A DNA stretch of 64,000 nt from an uncultured Chromatiales bacterium (GTDB taxonomy: Bacteria; Pseudomonadota; Gammaproteobacteria; Steroidobacterales; Woeseiaceae). Positions 29,063-37,239 of this stretch are shown here, one piece after another. The position numbers were made by a program, and so were the translations under genes. The stretch lies in assembly GCA_965651325.1 (NCBI GenBank), contig CBFGSB010000001.1:1138-65137 (forward strand). The letters run 5' to 3'. Each line of letters starts with the position of its first letter. The stretch's first letter is position 1. Under the pieces are notes generated by a model. The model was not told the DNA's origin. It saw only the letters and a list, made by a program, of their open reading frames with translations, and did not search any database.

Positions 29063-32000
29063 GTGAAGCACCATCCTGCTCCCACGCCGGGCGGCGCTCG
29101 CCGTGCGCCGGTCCAAACCACCTTTTCCGCGCTTCCTCGCCGGATCGCCGCCGTTTTCGCCCTGCTGGCCGCACCTGCGGTCGCGCTGGCGCAGGTCACC
29201 GTCGCCACCACCGAGAATGCCGAGGAGAACTCCGGCGGCGGCGGAGCCTTTACCGTCTCACTGGTCGCGGCGAATGCCGTCGACGTCACCGTGCAGTATG
29301 CGGTCGGCGGCACCGCGTCGGCGGGAGACGATTACGAGACGCTGAGCGCGGCCGTAACCATTGCCGCCGGCGAGACCTCCGAGGAGATCGAAGTCCGGCC
29401 GATCGACGACGAGATCGTCGAAGGTGACGAAACGGTCGAGATCACGCTGACCTCGAGCAGCGACCCGCTGGTGCCGGTCGGCTCGCCCGCCACCGCCACC
29501 CTCACCATTGCCGACGACGACGAGGAGGCCGTGCCCGCCGAGGTCGTCGTGTCGGTCAGCGCGAGCGACGACAGCGCCGCCGAAACGCCGAACGACGCGG
29601 GTGCGTTCACCGTCAGGCGCGTCGGTGGCGATCCCGAGCGGGCCGTCACGATCGCCTACTCCGTCTCCGGCAGTGCGACGCCGGGCGATGATTACGCCGC
29701 GCTGTCGGGCAGCATCAGCCTCGGCCTTGGCGTGCAGGAAGCGCCCATCGCCATCAACGTGCCCGGCAACGACAACGTCTTCGAGGGCGACGAGACCGTC
29801 ATCGTCACGCTCGCCGCGGTCCCCGGCGACATCGCGGTCGAAGGCGACCCGGCGACCGTTACGATCCACGACAGCACGCACTCGGTGAGCGCTACGACCG
29901 CCGCGAACGCCGCCGAGGAGAACAGCGCCGCGGGAAGCGTCGACGTCGTACTGAGCGGGACCAACCGGTCGGGCAGCAACCTCGACGTCAGTTACACCTT
30001 CGGAGGCAGCGCCGTGGCCGGCGAGGATTACGCCCGGCCGAGCGGTACCGCCAGTATTCCCCCCGGCGCGAACTCGACTTCGATCGCCATCATGCCAACG
30101 GATGACGGCGTGGACGAGGATGAAGAAAGCGTCGTTATCACGCTGACCGGCACGAGCAGTGCCGCGGTGTCCGTCGGCACCCCGGCGAGCGCTACCGTCG
30201 TCATCGCCGATAACGACGACGCACCGCCGCCGCCTGCGGAGGTGCAGGTCTCGGTCATCGCCTCGGTTCCCGGCGCTGCCGAAAGCGGGGACGACGGGCA
30301 GTTCGTGGTGCAGCGCGCCGGCGGCGACTCCCGCGCCGTCGAGGTCCCTTACACGGTCGGCGGGAGCGCATCTCCCGGGGAGGATTACGCCTCACTCTCC
30401 GGCAGCGTCAGCCTCGGTGCCGGCCAGGCCGAAGCCACGATCGACGTCGACGTAACCGGCAACGACGGAGCGTTCGAAGGGGGCGAAAACGTCACGATTA
30501 CCTTGCAGGCCGTGGCGGGCGATGTTGTGGTGGTGGGCGGTCCCGCCACCGTCACCATCGCAGACAGCTCGCATTCCGTGACCGCCGAGAGCGCCGGCAA
30601 CGCCGACGAGGACTCCGGCACCGGCGGCCGGATCGACGTGTCGCTCGGCGCCAGCAACGAGTCGGGCGCGGAACTCGACGTAAGCTATACGGTCGGCGGG
30701 AGCGCGACACCCGGCACGGATTATGCGGAGCTCAGCGGCACGGTGACGATACCCGCCGGCGCGAGCTCGGCATCGATCACGATCGACCCGGTGGAAGACG
30801 ACCTCGTCGAAGAGGACGAGACGGTTGTCGTCACGCTTACCGGCACGAGCAATGCCGCTGCGCCGGTCGGCTCACCCGCCTCGGCCACCGTCTCGATTGC
30901 CGATGCCGATGTCGACGATTCCGACGACGACGGCGACGGGCTGTCCAATCGCGAGGAATGCCCGCTGATCATCGTGTGCATCGACACGGACGACGACGGC
31001 AACACCAATGACCAGGACCCGGACGACGACGGGGACGGCGTGCCGACCGCGAGCGAAGGCGCCCCCGACCGCGACACCGACCGGGACGGCACGCCCGATT
31101 ACCTCGACGATGACGATGACAATGACGGCCGGCCGACGCTCGAGGAGGATGCGGACGTCGACGGCGACGGCAATCCCGCCACCGCGCCCACGGACACTGA
31201 CGGCGACGGCGAACCCGACTACCTCGACGCGGACGACACCGGGGGGCCGCAGGGTGACGTGGACGGCGACGGCCTGACCAACGAAGAGGAGGCCGAGCTT
31301 GGCACGGACCCGGCAAACGCGGATAGCGACGGCGATGGCGTCAACGACGGCAGCGAGGTCTCCGCCAGCAGTGACCCGCTCGACAACCGCTCCTTCGATG
31401 ACGCCGATGGCGACCTCGTCCCGGATGCCGTCGAAACCGAGGACGGCACCGACTTAGGCGACCCTAACAGCTTCGCCGACGGCGACGGCGGCGGCACCGC
31501 CGATCACGTCGAGACGATCACTTACGCGATATTCGGGCTGCCACCGACCAGCATCGCGGACGCGAGCGACGACCGGCGCGACCTCGACAGCGACGGCCTG
31601 CCGGATCCGTTGGAGATCGTCAGCGGCTCGGACGCCGACGACCCAAACTCGCCGACCGCGGACGGTGCGGGCGACGAGAACGGCAACGGCATCACGAACG
31701 CGGTCGAGGATTTTCTCGCGGCGCTGGGGATCGGCTCGGTCGATGCCGTAAGCGACCGCGACCGGGACGGATACCCGGATGCCGCGGAAGTGACCCTCGG
31801 CCTCGACCCGGTAAGCGCGAGCGAGCGCGACACCGACGGCGACGGCGTGCCCGACGTCGTCGAGGCATTCGCCGGCCTCGACATCGATGCCGCGACCGAC
31901 TCCGACGGTGACGGCGTGCCGGACGCCCGCGAGATCGCGCTCGGCTCCAACACACTGGACGCAAACTCACCCATCGCCAACGGCGCTGCGGACGATGATG

Positions 32001-33166
32001 ACGACGGCGTGAGCAACGGTATCGAGGAAGTGCTGAGCCTGCTCGGCGCCGACGCTGTCGACGGCGGCAGCGACGGCGATGCCGACGGTATCCTCGACGG
32101 CGACGAGATTCGCCTCGGCACCGACCCGTTCCACGACGAGCAGCCGGCTCCCTGGATCGAGCTGACGCAGGCCGGGATCGGCGCCGTCAATGCGCTGTTA
32201 CCGGACGGCGGCACGGCAACGGCGTTCGCCGTCATCGGCGGCCACCAGGCCGGCACGCTCGTGTACGACTGGAGCGGTTCGGACGCCGCGCTCCTGGCCG
32301 TGTCGTCGGGCGGATCGTCCGGCAGCACCCTCAGCCTGTCGCCCGAAACGCTGCCGCCAGGGCCCTACCGGCTCGAAATGACCGTCCAACGATCGGTCGG
32401 CGACTACACGTCCGAGGCGTCGACGGTGGAGATGATTGTCAGCGTCCTGGAGGGTGCCACGCCGGCTGACGTGGCCGATGCCGACGGCGACGGCGTGCCC
32501 GACAGCGCCGACGACGCGGACGCTCGCGCTGGGCTGGGCCACGAGCTGCAGGCACAAATGGGCGCGCGCATGCAGGTCGCCGCGGGCATCCGGCTGCAGC
32601 TCGGCTCAACCGCACGCACAGCGCGCACCGGGGCTGCTCTCGTGTCGGTCGGCGACATCGCGAACGCGGGCGACGGCGCGGGCGGCGGTGTCGACAACAG
32701 CGAGGACGAGTTCGACTACGGAAGCGGCATTTACGATTTCGCGATCACCAACCTGCCGGAGGTCGGAGCGAGCGTGCAGGTCGTCATCCCGCAAACGGCG
32801 GCTATCGGTGAGTTCCCCGAGTACCGCAAGTTCCGCCCGGACAGCGGCTGGTCGGCATTCGCAGAGGATGAAAGCAACAGCATCGCCTCGGCCGCCGGCG
32901 CACCGGGCGAGTGCCCGCCGCCGGGCGACGAGAGCTATGCCCCGGGGCTGGGGCAAGGGCATTTCTGCGTGCAACTCACGATCCAGGACGGTGGCCCCAA
33001 CGACGGCGATGCCGCGCTCGGCCCGAACGGCGTGATCGCGGACCCGGGGGGCGTCGCGACCCCGAAAGGCCAGGTCGCCGTGGGACAGGGCAGCGGCGCC
33101 TTCGCGCCTGTTGCCCTGCTGCTGCTCACACTGGCGGCCGTGCTGCGCCGGCGACGCGGGCCGTAG
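29063..33166 (+). CDS. Giant secreted Calx-beta / thrombospondin-type-3-like Ca-binding repeat protein with C-terminal sorting-signal-like tail
   Basis: Signal peptide ending AVALAQV. Five Calx-beta-like modules (xGGTAxxGxDY...TIxAGxxS...IxIxPxDDxxxExDExVxxTL). About 400 aa of DxDxDGxxDxxD repeats. C-terminal domain with DGGPNDGDAALGPNGVIADPGG, then GSGAFAPVALLLLTLAAVLRRRRGP. Confidence 0.85.
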   Translation: MKHHPAPTPGGARRAPVQTTFSALPRRIAAVFALLAAPAVALAQVTVATTENAEENSGGGGAFTVSLVAANAVDVTVQYAVGGTASAGDDYETLSAAVTIAAGETSEEIEVRPIDDEIVEGDETVEITLTSSSDPLVPVGSPATATLTIADDDEEAVPAEVVVSVSASDDSAAETPNDAGAFTVRRVGGDPERAVTIAYSVSGSATPGDDYAALSGSISLGLGVQEAPIAINVPGNDNVFEGDETVIVTLAAVPGDIAVEGDPATVTIHDSTHSVSATTAANAAEENSAAGSVDVVLSGTNRSGSNLDVSYTFGGSAVAGEDYARPSGTASIPPGANSTSIAIMPTDDGVDEDEESVVITLTGTSSAAVSVGTPASATVVIADNDDAPPPPAEVQVSVIASVPGAAESGDDGQFVVQRAGGDSRAVEVPYTVGGSASPGEDYASLSGSVSLGAGQAEATIDVDVTGNDGAFEGGENVTITLQAVAGDVVVVGGPATVTIADSSHSVTAESAGNADEDSGTGGRIDVSLGASNESGAELDVSYTVGGSATPGTDYAELSGTVTIPAGASSASITIDPVEDDLVEEDETVVVTLTGTSNAAAPVGSPASATVSIADADVDDSDDDGDGLSNREECPLIIVCIDTDDDGNTNDQDPDDDGDGVPTASEGAPDRDTDRDGTPDYLDDDDDNDGRPTLEEDADVDGDGNPATAPTDTDGDGEPDYLDADDTGGPQGDVDGDGLTNEEEAELGTDPANADSDGDGVNDGSEVSASSDPLDNRSFDDADGDLVPDAVETEDGTDLGDPNSFADGDGGGTADHVETITYAIFGLPPTSIADASDDRRDLDSDGLPDPLEIVSGSDADDPNSPTADGAGDENGNGITNAVEDFLAALGIGSVDAVSDRDRDGYPDAAEVTLGLDPVSASERDTDGDGVPDVVEAFAGLDIDAATDSDGDGVPDAREIALGSNTLDANSPIANGAADDDDDGVSNGIEEVLSLLGADAVDGGSDGDADGILDGDEIRLGTDPFHDEQPAPWIELTQAGIGAVNALLPDGGTATAFAVIGGHQAGTLVYDWSGSDAALLAVSSGGSSGSTLSLSPETLPPGPYRLEMTVQRSVGDYTSEASTVEMIVSVLEGATPADVADADGDGVPDSADDADARAGLGHELQAQMGARMQVAAGIRLQLGSTARTARTGAALVSVGDIANAGDGAGGGVDNSEDEFDYGSGIYDFAITNLPEVGASVQVVIPQTAAIGEFPEYRKFRPDSGWSAFAEDESNSIASAAGAPGECPPPGDESYAPGLGQGHFCVQLTIQDGGPNDGDAALGPNGVIADPGGVATPKGQVAVGQGSGAFAPVALLLLTLAAVLRRRRGP
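29192..30910 (+). repeat. Array of five Calx-beta-like modules (protein-level tandem repeats, two alternating subtypes)
   Basis: Module boundaries recur at ...TLTIADDD / ...TVTIHDSTHSVSA / ...TVVIADNDD / ...TVTIADSSHSVTA / ...TVSIADAD. The underlying DNA copies are diverged. Confidence 0.7.
30911..32140 (+). repeat. Asp-rich thrombospondin type 3-like calcium-binding repeat region
   Basis: Recurrent DTDDDGNTND, DPDDDGDGVP, DTDRDGTPDYLD, DVDGDGNP, DTDGDGEPDYLD, DVDGDGLTNEEE, DSDGDGVNDGSE, DTDGDGVPDVVE, DSDGDGVPDARE. Confidence 0.75.
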
Positions 33167-33288
33167 GGGCGGTATGCGCGCAGCCAACGATAGCCGGCCG
33201 CGGCATCGGTGCTATGCGCGAACGGCCGCAGGTGGCATGGGAGTTGCAGGACGATGATCCCTGACCTACCCCGTAAGGACTGCCACCA

Positions 33289-34194
33289 ATGCTCGCGAAA
33301 ATAAAGGAAGCCGGCTCGATCACCTGGGACACGATCCGCGCGTTCAAGGAAGACGACCCGTTCGAGATGGCCGCCGCCCTCGCCTACTACACCCTGCTCT
33401 CCATCGCGCCGCTCCTGCTGGTAATCGTCGGAGCGGCGGGAATGCTGCTCGGAGAAGCCCAGGTACAGCATGCGCTGGTAGACCAGGCGCGGCAGCTCGT
33501 TGGCGACGAGGGTGCGACGCTCTTGCAGACCGTCATGCAGAACGCGGCGCAGTCGCCAAAGAACTCGATTTCGATGATCGTCGGCTTCGTGCTGACGATT
33601 CTCGGGGCAACGACGATCTTCGCGCATTTGCAGAAATCCCTCGACCGCATCTGGGACGTGAAGCCGACGCCCTCGAACGCCGTGGTCGGCTTTGCTCGCG
33701 CGCGGCTCGTCTCGCTTGGCGTCGTGCTGGGGCTTGCTTTCATGATGCTGGCGTCACTCGTGCTGCAGGCGGCCATCAGCGGGCTGCAGCACTACATCGC
33801 GACGCTGTTCCCGGGTGCCGCAATCCTGTCCATCATCGTCAATACCCTGGTGTCGCTGAGCCTGGTCGCACTCGTGCTCGCGATGCTGTTCCGCTACGTG
33901 CCCGACGTGGAGATTGCCTGGCGCGAGACGCTCATCGGGGCGTTCGTCACCGCCTTGCTGCTGACGATCGGCAATTACGCAATCGGCCTGTACCTGGGCC
34001 GCGCGGCCGTGGGCTCCGCGCACGGCGCGGCCGGGTCCGCGGTCGTGTTCATGGTGTGGGTGTACTACACCGCCGTGATCCTGTTCTTCGGGGCGAAGAT
34101 GACCAAGGTGATCGCGCGGCATCACGGCACGCCGATCGTTCCGAGCGAGTACGCGACGTTCATTCACGGCCCGGAGCCGCACGGCGCGGGCTGA
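33289..34194 (+). CDS. YihY/BrkB (virulence factor BrkB, formerly RNase BN) family membrane protein
   Basis: AAALAYYTLLSIAPLLLVIV near the N-terminus, six hydrophobic segments, and C-terminal VVFMVWVYYTAVILFFGAKMT. All are typical of YihY. Confidence 0.8.
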   Translation: MLAKIKEAGSITWDTIRAFKEDDPFEMAAALAYYTLLSIAPLLLVIVGAAGMLLGEAQVQHALVDQARQLVGDEGATLLQTVMQNAAQSPKNSISMIVGFVLTILGATTIFAHLQKSLDRIWDVKPTPSNAVVGFARARLVSLGVVLGLAFMMLASLVLQAAISGLQHYIATLFPGAAILSIIVNTLVSLSLVALVLAMLFRYVPDVEIAWRETLIGAFVTALLLTIGNYAIGLYLGRAAVGSAHGAAGSAVVFMVWVYYTAVILFFGAKMTKVIARHHGTPIVPSEYATFIHGPEPHGAG

Positions 34195-34270
34195 AGGTCC
34201 GGGCACGAACCAAGGCGGCCAGCCGGCCAGCGGGAATGCGCCGGTCACGGCAGCGCGGCCGTGCACGCGC

Positions 34271-35194
34271 CTACGTGGCGTCGTCGAGGATGTCTTCGAT
34301 TGCTTGCAACATCAGGGGGTTGAACTGCTCCGGCCGCGTCATGTGCAGGTAGTGCCCGACGCCATCCACGAGCACGGCATCGAAATCCGCGTACTTGAGA
34401 TTCACGTCGGTCCGGGTGGGATTCGGCCCGGCGGCGTTGACGGCCCGGATCGGCACGCCGGCGTCACTCATCCAGGCGGCCGTGTCGACGTTCGGGAAGT
34501 CGTGAATGAGCGCCGTGCCGACGGCAGCACGCTCGGCCGCGCAGCTTGTTTCCAGCACCCGCGCCATCGTCTGCTCCGCCCCTTCCTCCGGAAACATCTG
34601 CTGCACGAAACTTGCGCAGGTGCCGGTATAGTCCTCTGCCATCGCATCGAGAAACGAATCGATGTTCTCGCCGGAGAATTCGAACTCGGCATCGTGCAGC
34701 GTGTCGACCGCGACGATGCCGCGCACGCGATCGCCGGCCAGCGCGGCGGCGCGCAACGAAACCGGCCCGCCCATCGAATGGCCGACCAGGACGACGTTGT
34801 CCAGGCCCAGCGCCTCGATCAAACCGGCGACGTCCTCGCCGTAGGTGGAAATTTTCCAGACCTCGCGGGCGGCCGTTGCCTGGCCGTGCCCGGGCAGGTC
34901 GAGTGCAATCGTGCGGTAGCGCTCGGCGAGCACCGGCACCTGCTCCGCCCAGAACGTACGGTCGCACATCCAGCAATGCACGAGGACTACGGTCGCCGGC
35001 CCCTCGCCGGTAACGGTGTAAGGCATGTTGTTGCCGTCCGCGGTGGTCCACTGGTGCTCTCCCGCCGCCAGGCTGGCGGTATCGGCGGCGGTAGCGGAAG
35101 TATCGGATCGTGGCGCGTCGGTCGCGGGGTTGCACGCGGTGATGCCGCAGGCAAGCGGGACGACGGTAATCCAGCCGAGCGTGGTGCCTTTCAT
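34271..35194 (-). CDS. Alpha/beta-hydrolase lipoprotein
   Basis: Lipobox VVPLACGITAC. Oxyanion VVLVHCW, nucleophile elbow LVGHSMGG, His near the C-terminus (DGVGHYLHM). Confidence 0.8.
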   Translation of the reverse strand: MKGTTLGWITVVPLACGITACNPATDAPRSDTSATAADTASLAAGEHQWTTADGNNMPYTVTGEGPATVVLVHCWMCDRTFWAEQVPVLAERYRTIALDLPGHGQATAAREVWKISTYGEDVAGLIEALGLDNVVLVGHSMGGPVSLRAAALAGDRVRGIVAVDTLHDAEFEFSGENIDSFLDAMAEDYTGTCASFVQQMFPEEGAEQTMARVLETSCAAERAAVGTALIHDFPNVDTAAWMSDAGVPIRAVNAAGPNPTRTDVNLKYADFDAVLVDGVGHYLHMTRPEQFNPLMLQAIEDILDDAT

Positions 35195-35461
35195 GATCTC
35201 CCCCTCAGGATGATAGGGCCGGTCGAGGCTGCAGTTTAGCGCGTCACGGCAACAGCCCCCATCGCGCGGCGTTGTACCAGGGTATGCGGTAGCCGCTCAG
35301 GGTGGTCAGGCCCGGGTCGCGGCTTCCGGCAGGGCGCAAGCGCCGGTGCGGCCGACGCCCGGACCCTCACGGCAGCCGCGCTTGCGCCCCGCCGTATCCG
35401 CGTGTAGAAACAGCCTGAAATAATCAAAATACCTCTCAATAACAAGAACAGAGAACCCGCC

Positions 35462-37075
35462 ATGACCAATCCATTCAAGAAGATTGCCGCCGCTCTGCTG
35501 CTGCGAGGTGCAGTTTTTGCGGCATTGGGGTTGTACCTGATCGCCAAAGCGCTGCCGTCCCTGCTCGACACGGCGCAGAGCCTCAACGTCTCCGGAGCGG
35601 TAATCGGCGCATTCCTGCTGGCGTTCGGAGTCGCTGACCTTGTCCAGGGTCTGCAACGTCTCACGCGCATGCGCAAGGACAAGCTGGACACCCCATTGAT
35701 CGACTATGCCTACGGTGGCCGCGGCGTGCTTCCACCGAACCTCATGAACGCCGACGAGAACCCCAACGAAGCCGGCCAGGCCACGTTGATCGAATGGGTC
35801 GCGCGCGTGTTCCCGAGGATTGCCTACCTGCCGTATCCCTACACCGGAGCCCTGCACTCGGTGCTGGTGGCTGTCGGTCTCGGCGCCGCCGGGCTCCTCA
35901 TCTACCTTCTGCTGCGCGTCGTCATGGCCGGAACCCTGCAACCGGCACAGCTCGCGAGCATGCTGGACTGGTACCTGTGGTCCTACTACCTGGTCGGCTT
36001 TGGCTTCTGGGCCGCCATCAGCCGCTTTGGTTTTCGTCGCGCGCTGCGGTTCGAGAGCAAGCTCCTGCCCGGCAGGATCGTCACGCTTTTCCTGGCGCTG
36101 CTCGCCGGCTCGGTCGTGCTTGCGGTGGCGATGGCGAAGGGCGGTACACAACTTGCCGCACCGCCTGACCTCGGCCCGCTGACGGGAATCCTGTGGCTCG
36201 GCTCTCTCGTGGTCATAGGCGCCGCCGGCGCGATCACGGTGCTGCGCGGCAGGCGGGCCCCGGAGCAGTACTCGGTGCACCGCGATGAGGAATTCTTTAC
36301 CGTGGGCATGCACCCCACGGACGTGATCAACGTGATCAAGTCGTTCACCGGCAAGATCGGTCCTGGCGGCTATGTGCACCTGGGCTCGTGGAATCCCGAG
36401 TACAAGGAGCACACCGCGGTCAACGCCGGTGAGTTCCAGGCGAACCTCAACGCCGAGTCTGCAATCCAGTTGAACGACCGTCCCAACGCGCACCCCGAGG
36501 CGAAGCTCGGCACCGTGCTCGCGTGGGCCGGCATTGCAATGACCGTGCTTGCGGGCGTCATCCTCTGGAACGTGGCCGGCGCGCCCCTGGATACGGCAGG
36601 CGCGGCGCTTTTGTCGCTACGCTTCCCCATCGCACTCGCCGTCTTCGGTTTCCTGCTGTATCGCCTCGGGGTCATCCCCGTCGCGGAGCTCGAATGGACC
36701 TCGGTAATCACCACCTGCCGTATCGAGGGCACCTTCCAGACACAGGCCGGCATGGCCCTGATGAGTGCAGGCGAGCAGACGCTGAAAGGCTCGGTCCTGA
36801 CGAGCGCTACCGTGCAGCCCAAATGCGCTTATCTCACGAGCGTCGGCTTCCTGCAGCCCGGACTTGCCAGGAACACGATCGTCCGGCTGATCGATCGTGT
36901 CGAGCCGGCAAGCCAGGTTTCCGGCGACTTGCTCGCCGCGATCCGGCACCAGGCGACGCGGATCATGCACGCGGGTGCACCCACCGCCCCACGCAGCGCC
37001 GCGTTGCATGCCCTGCCCGACCAGGCCCACTTCGAAAGCGACGAACCCGGCGACACAGTGGACGCCCCGGCCTGA
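35462..37075 (+). CDS. Hypothetical polytopic membrane protein (about 8 TM segments, two soluble inserts); no family recognised
   Basis: 537-aa ORF with plausible amino-acid composition. Hydrophobic segments at about aa 8-28, 44-64, 128-150, 165-185, 200-222, 237-258, 367-387 and 400-420. Unusually A/T-rich upstream sequence (AATAATCAAAATACCTCTCAATAACAAGAACAGAGAA). Confidence 0.55.
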   Translation: MTNPFKKIAAALLLRGAVFAALGLYLIAKALPSLLDTAQSLNVSGAVIGAFLLAFGVADLVQGLQRLTRMRKDKLDTPLIDYAYGGRGVLPPNLMNADENPNEAGQATLIEWVARVFPRIAYLPYPYTGALHSVLVAVGLGAAGLLIYLLLRVVMAGTLQPAQLASMLDWYLWSYYLVGFGFWAAISRFGFRRALRFESKLLPGRIVTLFLALLAGSVVLAVAMAKGGTQLAAPPDLGPLTGILWLGSLVVIGAAGAITVLRGRRAPEQYSVHRDEEFFTVGMHPTDVINVIKSFTGKIGPGGYVHLGSWNPEYKEHTAVNAGEFQANLNAESAIQLNDRPNAHPEAKLGTVLAWAGIAMTVLAGVILWNVAGAPLDTAGAALLSLRFPIALAVFGFLLYRLGVIPVAELEWTSVITTCRIEGTFQTQAGMALMSAGEQTLKGSVLTSATVQPKCAYLTSVGFLQPGLARNTIVRLIDRVEPASQVSGDLLAAIRHQATRIMHAGAPTAPRSAALHALPDQAHFESDEPGDTVDAPA

Positions 37076-37239
37076 ACGAGCGCCGGCTCTCGCCGGCGGC
37101 ATTCGTTGCGCGGCGCCTCGACCGTTTCACTCCGTGGAACCTCATCCGGAGGCGGGGCTCCTGCATTTTAAGATGTAGCCCCATTCAGGAAGGCGCCCGC
37201 CGCCGGCGCGCCGCACAAAACACGACGAGGATTGCCAAC

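Noticed and set aside
29192-32140. DNA-level repeats inside the Calx-beta gene as recombination or mobile repeats
   Set aside because: The modules are similar at the protein level but clearly diverged at the nucleotide level. I saw no long identical stretches, so they are ordinary domain repeats.
33083-33163. PEP-CTERM interpretation of the Calx-beta protein tail
   Set aside because: No Pro-Glu-Pro motif precedes the hydrophobic helix. The Gly/Ser-rich lead-in fits GlyGly-CTERM better, although that too is unverified without an HMM score.
36523-37239. N-terminal 239-codon extension of the S9 peptidase ORF, and similar long extensions of 47193..49067, 8562..10442, 57469..58251, 14529..15488 and 20275..21930
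   Set aside because: The extensions overlap neighbouring real genes or lack coding character. Internal starts give proper signal peptides, SD sequences or family-typical N-termini.
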